Assembly (NCBI GenBank): GCA_018266355.1
Contig: JAFEAP010000029.1
Span: forward strand, 400,909 to 464,908
Reading direction: 5' to 3'
DNA: 64,000 nt
From: Bdellovibrionales bacterium
GTDB taxonomy: Bacteria > Bdellovibrionota > UBA1018
Shown here: one piece after another, positions 1-8,992 of the stretch
Numbering within the stretch: the stretch's first letter is position 1
Layout: each line of letters starts with the position of its first letter
Notes under the pieces: generated by a model
Told to the model about the DNA's origin: nothing
The model's input: the letters and a program-made list of their open reading frames with translations, nothing else
Database searches by the model: none
Program-made: the position numbers and the translations under genes

Positions 1-332
1 TCGTAACCGGCGTCGGCGTAGACTTTGTTGATGCATTCGAGGGTCGCGCCCTTGCTGCACGCTTTCGCGGCTTTCGCCCGATCGTAACCGGCGTCGGCGT
101 AGACGGTGTCGATGCACTCGATCGAGGCTTTCCCGCAGGCGATCGCGGCTTTCGCGTGATCGTAACCGGCGTCGGCGTAGACCTTATCGATGCATTCGTC
201 GGTCGCGCCCGCGGCGCAGATCTGCTCGGCTTTCGCGCGGTCGTAACCGGCGTCGGAATAGACTTTATCCACGCAGTTCGCGGAGGCGGAAGCGGCGACG
301 ACGAAGGAGAGGACGGCGATGGTCTTTTTCAC
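1..332 (-). CDS. Secreted Cys-bracketed tandem-repeat protein (3' end of gene runs off the window; N-terminus present)
   Basis: GTG start at 332-330 with GAGGAG SD 6 nt upstream. N-terminus VKKTIAVLSFVVAASASA is a signal peptide. It is followed by four or more ~27-aa repeats of the form C-I-D/N-K-V-Y-A-D-A-G-Y-D-R/H-A-K-A-A-x-A-C (about 81-nt DNA period). Stop of the upstream gene (336-338) lies 3 nt from this start, suggesting coupling. Confidence 0.6.
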   Translation of the reverse strand, partial: MKKTIAVLSFVVAASASANCVDKVYSDAGYDRAKAEQICAAGATDECIDKVYADAGYDHAKAAIACGKASIECIDTVYADAGYDRAKAAKACSKGATLECINKVYADAGY

Positions 333-335
333 GGC

Positions 336-824
336 TTACTCCTCGAGGATGTCTTTTTTCGGGACGCGCTTGAAGACCGCGCTGTCGCAAGGCTTACCGC
401 TGCGGGATTTGCAGAGTTCATCGAAAAGGTCCATGCCGAAGCGGATCGTCCGGCCGCGCCCGAGGCGGATGTCGCCTTGAAGCTTCGCCGCGACCTCGGG
501 CTTCATCGGGTATTCGGCCGCGGTGCCTTCGTCGTCGACGTAACCTTCCGGGAAGCGGTATTGCATCCGGAAGTTCCCTCCGTCGCAGAGGATGCGGTCG
601 GTGGTGAGGCCTTGGTTTTCCTTTTGTTCCGGAATCTGCTGCATCTGCACGCCGACGCAGGATTTCGGGATGTTCACGAAGGTGCCGACATGCGTTTCCA
701 GGTCGACGTGCTGCCAGAGCCCAGCGATCTTCGCGCAGTCGCACGGTTTCGCGGCCGTAACTTCGGCGAACGCCGGAACGGCGAGGAGCGAGAGGAGGAG
801 GGAAGCGAGGAGTTTCGTCTTCAT
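336..824 (-). CDS. Secreted hypothetical protein (163 aa)
   Basis: Internal ATG of ORF 336..950 gives MKTKLLASLLLSLLAVPAFA, a signal peptide with AFA-E cleavage. Contains several Cys. The overlapping plus ORF 156..851 is antisense. No family recognised. Confidence 0.6.
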   Translation of the reverse strand: MKTKLLASLLLSLLAVPAFAEVTAAKPCDCAKIAGLWQHVDLETHVGTFVNIPKSCVGVQMQQIPEQKENQGLTTDRILCDGGNFRMQYRFPEGYVDDEGTAAEYPMKPEVAAKLQGDIRLGRGRTIRFGMDLFDELCKSRSGKPCDSAVFKRVPKKDILEE

Positions 825-847
825 GGCTATTCCTTTAGTCGAAATCG

Positions 848-1561
848 TTAACGGGAGCGGTAGACGGCTTGGTCGAGGCCGATGCCGTAGATCGTGCCGT
901 TCGGGGTGACGGAGATGTTCGTCACCGCCGGGTCGGTCGCGGTCGCCCACGTGCCGTAGCTGCGATTCTTATAGATCGCCTGGTCGAGGCCGACACCGTA
1001 GATGTCGCCGTTCGGCGTGACGGAGATGTTCGTCACGGCGGGTTCGGTCACGCGTTCCCACGTGCCGTAGGCGCGGTTCTTATAGATCGCTTGGTCGAGA
1101 CCGACACCGTAGATGTCGCCGTTCGGAGTGACGGAAATGTTCGTGACGGCGGGTTCGGTCACGCGTTCCCAGGTGCCGTAGGCGCGGTTCTTATAGATCG
1201 CTTGGTCGAGGCCGATGCCGTAGATATCGCCGTTCGGAGTGACGGAGATGTTCGTCACCGCGGGTTCGGTCACGCGTTCCCAAGCGCCGAAGGCGGTCGT
1301 CCGGTAGACGGCCTGGTCGAGGCCGATGCCGTAGATATCGCCGTTCGGAGTGACGGAGATGTTCGTCACCGCCGGTTCGGTCACGCGTTCCCAAGCGCCG
1401 AAGGCGGTCGTCCGGTAGACGGCCTGATCGAGGCCGACGCCATAGATCGTGCCGTTCGCGGTGACGGAGATGTTCGTCACGGCGGGCTCGGTCACGCGCT
1501 CCCAAGCGAAGGACGAGGTCGTGGCCAGGCCGAGGACGAGCGCGGTCAGAAGGAATTTCAT
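848..1561 (-). CDS. Secreted tectonin / tachylectin-like 6-blade beta-propeller repeat protein (lectin-like)
   Basis: Start at internal ATG (aa 13 of ORF 848..1597) gives signal peptide MKFLLTALVLGLATTSSFA. Six ~40-aa repeats follow: W-E-R-V-T-E-P-A-V-T-N-I-S-V-T-P-N-G-D-I-Y-G-I-G-L-D-Q-A-I-Y-K-N-R-A-Y-G-T. This matches the W..ISV..G.IYG..D..IY pattern of tectonin-type propeller blades. Confidence 0.65.
   Translation of the reverse strand: MKFLLTALVLGLATTSSFAWERVTEPAVTNISVTANGTIYGVGLDQAVYRTTAFGAWERVTEPAVTNISVTPNGDIYGIGLDQAVYRTTAFGAWERVTEPAVTNISVTPNGDIYGIGLDQAIYKNRAYGTWERVTEPAVTNISVTPNGDIYGVGLDQAIYKNRAYGTWERVTEPAVTNISVTPNGDIYGVGLDQAIYKNRSYGTWATATDPAVTNISVTPNGTIYGIGLDQAVYRSR
851..1504 (-). repeat. 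Six near-identical 120-nt tandem coding repeats (tectonin-like blades)
   Basis: The DNA in 880-1500 shows a 120-nt period with only a few substitutions per copy (e.g. gtcgaggccgatgccgtagat...gtgacggagatgttcgtcac recurring). Consistent with recent expansion or concerted evolution. Confidence 0.8.
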
Positions 1562-1636
1562 GGGTGCGGATATAACGCAACGCACTAATTCTGTCACTCG
1601 ATATAAATATCTATTTAAAACGGATAGTTATATCGA

Positions 1637-3871
1637 CTACTCCGCGATCAGCTCGGCGCAGGTTTTCACCGGGATCTTCCGCGCGACGGCGTCGCCGTAG
1701 TCGTCGAAACCGAGATTATCCGCCGCCGACTTCATGATCGCGCAGACGGCGTCTTGGGCCGTTTTCGAGGATTTCAAGACCGCCTTCACCCGCGGGAGCT
1801 CGAGTGCGGCGTAGAAACCGGCGAGGTCCACGTCGTTCGAGACGGTGACCGAGGCGTGCTGTTTGAAAAGCATTTCGATGAAAGCCGGGTCCGATCCGGC
1901 GTTCTGCGCGAGCGAGAGGAAGCCGTCGAAGACACGGCTCGTGATGAGCACGTTCGGTTTCGAACGGGTCGTCGTGAATAGGTTCGCCACCGCTTCGGGG
2001 GAGAGTTTCGTCTCGCGGAGGGCGTAGATCATCTCGTCCGGACGGCGTCCGTCGGCGCGGGTGAGGAGGTAATTCAAGATGCGCTTCTGGTTCTCGTCGC
2101 CGCGGATCGGTTCGATCGCGAAGTAGCGCTCGATACCGTACCAGAACGGATGGTTCGGCGTGAGGTAAACGTCGACGAACGCGGTTTCGAGCAGGTCGAG
2201 CCCGGCGCGCATCGAATGGAGCGAGTCGGCGTAGGACATCTGGAGGGACGGCGTCGCCGCGCGGACCATCGCCGCGAGGGATGCCGCGGTCGCTTCGTCG
2301 GTCGCGCCGAGATTCGCCATCGCGCGGCCGCAGACGGGGCTGAGCGGGTTCAGGGGGAACTTCTCGCACTGGGAGCGAAGGCGGGCGAGGAGCGCGCGGT
2401 CGGCGTCCGTCGGTTCGAGGATCGCGGGACCGTCGACGAAGAGCGAGGCGAGGAGGTCGGTCGTCTGCCCGGACGAGATCGAGCGGTCCTTGTAGGCGTC
2501 GGCCGCGCGCGCGCGGAATTCCGGGTAGCGGGCGAGCCCGGTACAACGCATCGCCTGGACGGCGGACGCGACGTTGAAGTGGAACGGCTGGATCTTCGCG
2601 ACGACCGCCGAGAAATCGATCTGGTTCACGCCGGCGACGTTCAGCGAGCAAATGGTGTCGCCGAGTTCGGTCTCGAAATAGGGAGCGGCGAAGGCCGAGT
2701 CGACGAGCTGATAGATCGTCCGGACGAGGTCTTCGCGCGTGATCCACCCCATCAGGTGGGCGAAGCGCATCCACTCGATCTTCGTGACCGCGGTCTTCAC
2801 GTCGGCGATCGTCTCGAGGAGGATCTTTCTCGCGTTCGCGTTCGACTGGAGGCGGGCGAAGATCGCCGACTGGGTGGTCTTGATCTCGCGGATGTTCGCG
2901 CGCATGAAGTTTTGGATCGAGGGAAGGAGCATGAGCACCTTCTCGCTGTTCAGCATCACCTCGACGGAGAGGAGTCGGTCGGCGAGGGGGATCGACTTGT
3001 CGAAAAGCGCGCAGATTTGGATGTGGAACGCGTATTCGGGATCCTTCGGATCGAGGCCCGAGCACTGGGTGAAGGACTGACCCTTCATCGCGGACCCGAG
3101 CGCGGCGTTCGTTTCCGTCTTCGCGGAGGTCCCGCGGTCGACGATCGAGTCGAAGTGCTTCGTGAAATCGCCGAGTTTCCGCATGTAGTTCTCGAGGATC
3201 GGCTTCAGATCCTTCCCGAGCGGACTCGTCGAGAAGAACCCGTAGATGTACGGAACGCCCGAGAAGGCGCGCTGGACCTTGCCGCGGTTGTCCTGACCGA
3301 AAGCGCCGTAGCGATCCTCGACCACGCGGCGGGCGGTATCCGGCGAGTAACCGTCGTCGACGAGGACTTGGTAGTACTCGGCCGGCGTGCGGTGATCTTT
3401 TTCCTTCGTCGCGAGCGCGTTGCAGCCGAAGAGGTAAACCTCGCGCGGATTTTCCATGATGCCTTTGCAATCCTGGGCGCAAGAATGGTTCTCGAGCTCG
3501 TTCAGTCCGAGCGTATAACCGCTCGATCCGAAGAAACGGCCGGCGAAATGGCCGGAGACGACGTCGATGTCGCACTTGTAGTTCTTCTTGCAGGCGGCGT
3601 CGAACCAACCGGACTTCGCGCCGTTCGCCGCCGGTTCGGTGAGCTCGACCAGATCCCACTCGGCGGGATTCAAGTACTGGGTGAAGACGCCTTTTTCGTC
3701 GGACGAGTTGATCGTGATGAAACAGGCGAGGCGTTTCCCCTCGCGCGGGATGAAGACCGACGACGGGATCGGTTCGCGCATCTCGTAACGGCCGGAGTTC
3801 CGGGCGTGACCGAGGGAAAGGGCGGTGGCGGCGATTACGGACAGGGCGACGAACTCGCGGGGAAAGCGCAT
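1637..3871 (-). CDS. Large secreted hypothetical protein (744 aa)
   Basis: ORF 1637..3952. Internal ATG at 3871 follows GAGGAG SD and starts signal peptide MRFPREFVALSVIAATALSLGHA. High coding GC3. No recognisable catalytic motif. The overlapping ORFs 1716..3659(-) and 2150..4039(+) are off-frame/antisense artefacts. Confidence 0.6.
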   Translation of the reverse strand: MRFPREFVALSVIAATALSLGHARNSGRYEMREPIPSSVFIPREGKRLACFITINSSDEKGVFTQYLNPAEWDLVELTEPAANGAKSGWFDAACKKNYKCDIDVVSGHFAGRFFGSSGYTLGLNELENHSCAQDCKGIMENPREVYLFGCNALATKEKDHRTPAEYYQVLVDDGYSPDTARRVVEDRYGAFGQDNRGKVQRAFSGVPYIYGFFSTSPLGKDLKPILENYMRKLGDFTKHFDSIVDRGTSAKTETNAALGSAMKGQSFTQCSGLDPKDPEYAFHIQICALFDKSIPLADRLLSVEVMLNSEKVLMLLPSIQNFMRANIREIKTTQSAIFARLQSNANARKILLETIADVKTAVTKIEWMRFAHLMGWITREDLVRTIYQLVDSAFAAPYFETELGDTICSLNVAGVNQIDFSAVVAKIQPFHFNVASAVQAMRCTGLARYPEFRARAADAYKDRSISSGQTTDLLASLFVDGPAILEPTDADRALLARLRSQCEKFPLNPLSPVCGRAMANLGATDEATAASLAAMVRAATPSLQMSYADSLHSMRAGLDLLETAFVDVYLTPNHPFWYGIERYFAIEPIRGDENQKRILNYLLTRADGRRPDEMIYALRETKLSPEAVANLFTTTRSKPNVLITSRVFDGFLSLAQNAGSDPAFIEMLFKQHASVTVSNDVDLAGFYAALELPRVKAVLKSSKTAQDAVCAIMKSAADNLGFDDYGDAVARKIPVKTCAELIAE

Positions 3872-3901
3872 AGAGACACTCCTCGGGGGGCTCTGCCTAT
3901 A

Positions 3902-3917
3902 GCGAGGGACGTGCCAG
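3902..3917 (-). promoter_or_regulatory. Candidate sigma-54 (-24/-12) promoter TGGCAC-N5-TCGC upstream of the 744-aa secreted protein gene
   Basis: Minus-strand sequence cTGGCACgtcccTCGCt has GG and GC in the canonical 10-nt register (consensus TGGCAC-N5-TTGCW, one mismatch). It lies about 30 nt upstream of the start at 3871. A sigma-54-type activator (ntrX-like) is encoded at 57705. Confidence 0.3.
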
Positions 3918-4031
3918 CGCGGACGGCGCCGAGTGCCCGAAATGACGAGCATTTTCGGACCCCTTCGTTTCCCGACCGTCTAAGGTTTAGACGGTCGAAA
4001 CCGGAGCTGAACGGCGATTTCCGTTTTCGAT

Positions 4032-7000
4032 TTATTTGAACGTCGCCAAGCAGGCGGCGTCGGCCCCGTTCGGAGATACGGTCCAGGAATGACTGAACGT
4101 TCCCGTGGCGTTCACGATCCGGAAAAGCGATTGGCCGGCTTCCCGGGAGGAGTTGTCCCGTTCGCTCGCGGCGAGATTCCAGTTCAGATTGTCATAGGTC
4201 CAGGTCGCCGTCGGATTTCCCCCGCCCGCCGCGGTCGCCACGAGGAACTCGTCGGAAGCGGTCGTCGCCGCCGTCGTGCCGGTCGATACGATGCCGACCG
4301 ACGTATCGTCGTGATTGCATATCGTCCGATCAAGCGGATTCACCGTATCCAGACCGGAGATCTCTTGGGCGACGGTCTGCGGATATCCGCTCGTGGTGAC
4401 GGTGAGCGTAAGGGGGCCCGAGGCGACGATGTTTTTCGCGTAAAATATGCTCGCGCCCTGGCCGATCGAATTCGCATCCGCTGCGGCGGGAACGTACGTG
4501 TTTCCGGCGCTGTCGGTGACTGTCGTCGCGTTCCCCGCCCATGTCCAGACGGATACGACGATCGTGTTACCGGCGGTCGCGTCGAAGGAGAACCGCGGAT
4601 TGACCGAAGACCCGAATCCGCCGTTCGCGTAGGTGCTCGTTTGAACGACCCTTATCGGAGGGGCCGCGACCGGATCCGATCCGCTGGCGAGGAACTTGAT
4701 CGGGTCGATCCATCCGTTTCCGGACACCCATCCCCAGCATTTCACGGCACCGCTCGTGAGCGCGGCGCACACGTGATAATCGCTGAGAGACGTTTGGAGA
4801 GCGTTCGTCACGCCGCTCACGACGTTGTCGATCGGGTCCGAAGGGTTCTGGTATCCTTCGAGTCCGAGAATCCCGTGCCCACCGTCCCCCCAGCAGCGGA
4901 TGAGACCGTTCGAAAAAGTCGCGCACGTCGTATCTTCGCCCGCCGAAACCGAAGCGACGTCCGAAAACCAATTCACGTTCGCCGGAAGGTCGTGACCGGT
5001 CGTCGTTCCGTCGCCCAACTGGCCGCGGCCGTTCGCACCCCAGCAGCTCAAAGTCCCGTCGCTGATCAGCGCGCAAGTGTGGTTCAGACCGAGTGCCATC
5101 CCGACGACGTTTCTCAGGCCGACGACGAGAGCGGGTGCCGGACGATCCGTTTGGGTACCGTCGCCGAGTTTTCCGTTCGTGTTCTTGCCCCAGCATCGCG
5201 CCGTCCCGTCGGTTAGGACCGCGCAGGTGTGTTGACCGCCGCGGTGGGAAGCGTAAATCGAGGCGATGTCGGAGAGGGGCACCGTGAAAGGGACGAGCTG
5301 ATCGACGGTATCTCCGGTTCCGAGTTGTCCGACGTCGTTCTTGCCCCAGCATTTGGCAGTGGCGTCGGCTAGTCGCGCGCAGAAATAAGCCCGTCCTCCG
5401 GTGATTTGGGTCGCGTTCGCGATGCCGCTGACGGTGGTGACGTTGAAATTCATGGAAATGTCGTTATCGCCCCGCTGCCCTACGTCGCCGGCTCCCCAGC
5501 ATTTGATCGTGCCGTTCGCGAGCAGGGCGCAAGCCGTGTGCTCGGCGGTCGCGATTTGGATCGCCGTCGTAATGCCGGCGATCGTTTCGGGCGTGGTGGC
5601 GTATCCCGGTTGATTCACAGGCCCGAGCTCACCCTGGTTTCCCGTCCAACCGAAACACTGAACGGCGCCGTTCGCGAGCCGTGCACACTCACCCGATTCG
5701 GTGGTCTCGACTTGGACCGCGTTCGCGACGCCCGGGTAGGCCTGGGCGGGCACCACGTCTTCGGTCCCGAAATCGCCGTGATGCCCTCCGGCCGGGCCCC
5801 AGCATTTCGTCCGGTCGTTTTCGATCACGCAACGATCCGCGTATCCGGTAAGGCTGATCGCGGAAGTGATTCCACCCACCGCCACCGGCGTGAGGCTGGA
5901 CGAGAGGTTGCCGGTGCCGAGCTCGCCGATGCCGTTGTCGCCCCAACACTTGACCGAGCCGTTTTGAAGGAGAGCGCAAGTCGAGAGGAAGCCGGGATTG
6001 GCGAATGCCGCCGCCGTAATTCCGGTGGGTATTCCCGTCGCGTAATCGTCCGAGAGGGTCGAACCGTTCCCGAATTGTCCGAAGGAATTGTCGCCCCAGC
6101 ATCGCATCGACCCGTCGGTCAGCACGGCGCAGGACGTATTATATCCCATCGCGATTTGTGCGACGCCGGTCAGATCGGTGGCACCGTCGATTTTCACGTA
6201 GGCCGGAACGATCGAGCCGCTAAAGCTGCCGTTTCCGACGTAACCGCCTCCCCAGCATTTAACGCGCCCGTCGGCGATCAAGGCGCAGGCTCCGAAAGCG
6301 CCCATCGCGACCCGGACCGCGCTCGTGACTCCGGATACCGCCACCGGCGCGCATCGGTCGGTCGTCGTTCCGTCGCCGAGTTGGTGATTGCCGTTGCTTC
6401 CCCAGCACTGGACGGTCCCGTCGGCGAGTACCGCGCAGGCCGAATTTCCCATGGTCGCCGCGGCGATATCGACCGCCGTCGAGATCCCGGAGACGGTGAC
6501 GGCGTTCGGAATGGAGTCCGCGCAGTTTCCGTCACCTAACTGTCCGTTCGCTCCCGCTCCGGAGCATTGGACGGTGCCGTCGGAATTTCGCATGCAGAAG
6601 AAATTTTCGCTCCCTGAGATTTGGGACGCGAGAGAGACGTTCGTCAGCGGATAAGGCGTGCCGGTTCCGCCCCACATTCCCGAAACGGCTGCTCGACCGT
6701 CGGCGTATCGCACGGCCATTCCGTTATGGGTGAGGGCGACGCCGGCGAGCGGCGATGGATTCGTGCCTTCGAGGCTGAGCAGTAATCCGATGGAACCGCC
6801 TACCGCGCAGGAAAATCCGAGCGTCGTTCCCGGTCGTACTCCGGTGGCGATCGGATGCCCGCGAACGACGGCGGTGCAATATCCGTTGACCGGAACGCTG
6901 ACGCCGCAGTCCGTGGAAACAAGATCGAAATCGGTCGAAGAAAGCGTCGGCGAGGAGCAACCGGTGGCGTCCGCCGTTCCGTAATTGGTGAATCTCACGG

Positions 7001-7574
7001 GATGGTCGGAGGTGTAAAAGCCGACGCCGACCTTTCCGAGATCGCCGTTCGTCGTGTCGACCGCGTGGAGAATCGGCGCGGCTGCGATTCCGGTCGCCTG
7101 GATGCCGTCGGCCGTGGTGGTCACCGTGCCGCCGTTCGCGCAGTTACGGGACAAGGTAGCGGTCTTCACTCCGGTTCCGGCCAGCACCGTCCGCACGTAC
7201 ACGTAGCAAGTATCGCCGACGGCGAGGTCCGCGGTACCGCATCCGTCGATCGATATTTCGAAATCGGCGGCGTTCGTGCCCGCGAGGGTGGGCGCCGAGC
7301 ACCCCACGGCGTCGGCGGGACCCGGATTCGTGAAACCGAATGCGATGCTACCCGTCTTTCCGTATCCGAACGCGTTCGAGCCGAAATCATGGGCCAATTT
7401 CGTCCAACTCGGGTTCGTCGGAACCAAGGGCACGAACGGGACGACGATCGTCGTCTGCCCCAGGGTGCTCAACGTACGAATTTGAGTTCCGCATCCGCAA
7501 ACGGCGGAACACGCGAGCGTGAGCGCGAGCCACGTCCGACGTGAAATGACGCGAATGGGATGCCGAGATTCCAA
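4032..7574 (-). CDS. Giant lipoprotein with N-terminal Cys-rich ASH/choice-of-anchor-like domains, a central RCC1-repeat beta-propeller array and a C-terminal beta-rich region
   Basis: TTG start at 7574 with GGAGGAA SD 7 nt upstream. Lipobox-like LTLACSAVCGC. More than 10 repeats of the RCC1 signature (G.V.CWG.N..GQLGDG.T..). Confidence 0.7.
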   Translation of the reverse strand: MESRHPIRVISRRTWLALTLACSAVCGCGTQIRTLSTLGQTTIVVPFVPLVPTNPSWTKLAHDFGSNAFGYGKTGSIAFGFTNPGPADAVGCSAPTLAGTNAADFEISIDGCGTADLAVGDTCYVYVRTVLAGTGVKTATLSRNCANGGTVTTTADGIQATGIAAAPILHAVDTTNGDLGKVGVGFYTSDHPVRFTNYGTADATGCSSPTLSSTDFDLVSTDCGVSVPVNGYCTAVVRGHPIATGVRPGTTLGFSCAVGGSIGLLLSLEGTNPSPLAGVALTHNGMAVRYADGRAAVSGMWGGTGTPYPLTNVSLASQISGSENFFCMRNSDGTVQCSGAGANGQLGDGNCADSIPNAVTVSGISTAVDIAAATMGNSACAVLADGTVQCWGSNGNHQLGDGTTTDRCAPVAVSGVTSAVRVAMGAFGACALIADGRVKCWGGGYVGNGSFSGSIVPAYVKIDGATDLTGVAQIAMGYNTSCAVLTDGSMRCWGDNSFGQFGNGSTLSDDYATGIPTGITAAAFANPGFLSTCALLQNGSVKCWGDNGIGELGTGNLSSSLTPVAVGGITSAISLTGYADRCVIENDRTKCWGPAGGHHGDFGTEDVVPAQAYPGVANAVQVETTESGECARLANGAVQCFGWTGNQGELGPVNQPGYATTPETIAGITTAIQIATAEHTACALLANGTIKCWGAGDVGQRGDNDISMNFNVTTVSGIANATQITGGRAYFCARLADATAKCWGKNDVGQLGTGDTVDQLVPFTVPLSDIASIYASHRGGQHTCAVLTDGTARCWGKNTNGKLGDGTQTDRPAPALVVGLRNVVGMALGLNHTCALISDGTLSCWGANGRGQLGDGTTTGHDLPANVNWFSDVASVSAGEDTTCATFSNGLIRCWGDGGHGILGLEGYQNPSDPIDNVVSGVTNALQTSLSDYHVCAALTSGAVKCWGWVSGNGWIDPIKFLASGSDPVAAPPIRVVQTSTYANGGFGSSVNPRFSFDATAGNTIVVSVWTWAGNATTVTDSAGNTYVPAAADANSIGQGASIFYAKNIVASGPLTLTVTTSGYPQTVAQEISGLDTVNPLDRTICNHDDTSVGIVSTGTTAATTASDEFLVATAAGGGNPTATWTYDNLNWNLAASERDNSSREAGQSLFRIVNATGTFSHSWTVSPNGADAACLATFK

Positions 7575-7720
7575 CCGAATTCCTCCAGGACATACGTTCC
7601 GATTTCGAAGGTTGAACTCTTTCCATTATGGATCAGAGGCTTCGACTAATGAACTGTGTCGAGAAGGACCCGGTCACGGTTTTCGCGAATTGCACGAAAA
7701 GAATAAATGCGCCGTAATTT

Positions 7721-7743
7721 AAATCCTCGAATAGCGAGGATTT
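7721..7743 (-). terminator. Intrinsic terminator-like hairpin after the 7748..8452 gene
   Basis: Perfect 9-bp inverted repeat AAATCCTCG-aatag-CGAGGATTT, 4 nt downstream (minus sense) of stop 7748-7750. An A/U-rich tract follows on the minus transcript. Confidence 0.45.
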
Positions 7744-7747
7744 CGAG

Positions 7748-8452
7748 CTATTCGCAGGCCGGAGCCATGAGCGTGATCGAGGTCGGCGCGCCCCACACCA
7801 GGCAGTCGACGCCTCCGTGTTCGTTCGTCTCGATGCCTTCCTGTTCGCAGTGGTAGCTGGTCTCCGTCCATTCGAGGTAGGCCTGTTTCCTCACTTGGTC
7901 GACCTTGAAGAAGTAGTGCATCTTCACGACGCCGTGCTCGCTTTCGAAGTCCTTCGCCGCGGCGTCGATGTCGCCGGCGACGCAACCTCCGCCGAAAATC
8001 GTTTTCTTCTTCAAGCTTCCGTTGTTCGCGCCCGGGAGAAGGACGTGTCCGTCGCGGCCGACGTAATAGAACGCGGTCTCGGCCGGGGCGTCGCACTCGA
8101 CTTGGGCCATGAATTTCTTGTTCCCGTAAACGGCCGTGGCGTGATCGCCGGCGCCGCCGCCGCGGAAATAGGCGCCTTTCGGCAAATGATCGGCGGAGAG
8201 TTCCCACCCGAAAGAATCCGGGGAATACCGGTTTTCGAAGAGTTTCACGGAGACGAGATCGTTTCCGAGGCCGAGGTCGGCCGGGATCGCCTTGTTCGCG
8301 ATGACCGCGAACTCCTTTCCGAAGATCCATTCACCGTTCTCGGTGCTGCGGGCGTCGATCCGGCACTTCGCGGCGAGTTCGCCGGCGAAAGACGATCCCG
8401 CGGCGAGCGCGGCGGAAAGTGCGAGAAGGACGAGAGTCTTCGACGTTTTCAT
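7748..8452 (-). CDS. Secreted hypothetical protein (234 aa)
   Basis: ATG at 8452 with GGAG SD. Signal peptide MKTSKTLVLLALSAALAAGSSFA. Several Cys. Coherent coding frame versus the antisense ORFs 7817..9184 and 7719..8330. Confidence 0.6.
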   Translation of the reverse strand: MKTSKTLVLLALSAALAAGSSFAGELAAKCRIDARSTENGEWIFGKEFAVIANKAIPADLGLGNDLVSVKLFENRYSPDSFGWELSADHLPKGAYFRGGGAGDHATAVYGNKKFMAQVECDAPAETAFYYVGRDGHVLLPGANNGSLKKKTIFGGGCVAGDIDAAAKDFESEHGVVKMHYFFKVDQVRKQAYLEWTETSYHCEQEGIETNEHGGVDCLVWGAPTSITLMAPACE

Positions 8453-8581
8453 AGGGATCTCCGGGATATGAATTTCCGAGGCCCTTTAAGCGGATTCCGT
8501 GCCAGGCGGCGACGGCGTGGAAGGCCGAACGGCGCCCGGGAGGTGTCGAAGCTTTTTACAGGTGTGGCGAAGGGTGCCGGT

Positions 8582-8992
8582 TCAAATCCCGAGTCCGAGG
8601 GCCATATCGAACGTCATGTCGTTCGGTTCGCGGCGGATCACGATCGGCAGCCAGATCGTCATGCGCGCGTTCGGCGCGCTCGCGAGAGGATTCCCGAAGC
8701 TCGCGTCGATCTTCCGGATCTTGAATTCCTTCTCGGTGCGCACGACGGCTTTCACGAGCACGTCGGCGAGCTCGTGCGGATTCTGCTTCGCGTTTCCCGA
8801 GAGCGCGAGGAAGCCCGCGCCTTCGTTCGATTTCACTTCGCGGAAGAGCACGCGCGCTCCAGATTCCGCGCCGACCGCGCCCTCGACGCGTTTCGGGAGG
8901 CCGAGTTCGAGTTTATCCGCGGGAAAGCGCTCGTTCAGCTCGTCGATGAGCGCCGAGTGGGCGGCCTGGAGCACTTGGTTCCAAACGCTCAT
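8582..8992 (-). CDS. Hypothetical protein (136 aa), cotranscribed with the MsbA-like exporter
   Basis: ATG overlaps the stop of the ABC transporter gene by 4 nt (ATGA at 8989-8992), consistent with translational coupling. No family recognised. Confidence 0.5.
   Translation of the reverse strand: MSVWNQVLQAAHSALIDELNERFPADKLELGLPKRVEGAVGAESGARVLFREVKSNEGAGFLALSGNAKQNPHELADVLVKAVVRTEKEFKIRKIDASFGNPLASAPNARMTIWLPIVIRREPNDMTFDMALGLGI

Noticed and set aside
156-851. 231-aa plus-strand ORF
   Set aside because: Antisense to two signal-peptide genes (1..332 and 336..824). No start context. Typical high-GC shadow ORF.
1716-4039. ORFs 1716..3659(-) and 2150..4039(+), 647 and 629 aa
   Set aside because: Arg/Pro/Gly-rich translations typical of wrong-frame GC-rich DNA. 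They overlap the well-supported 1637..3871 secreted protein.
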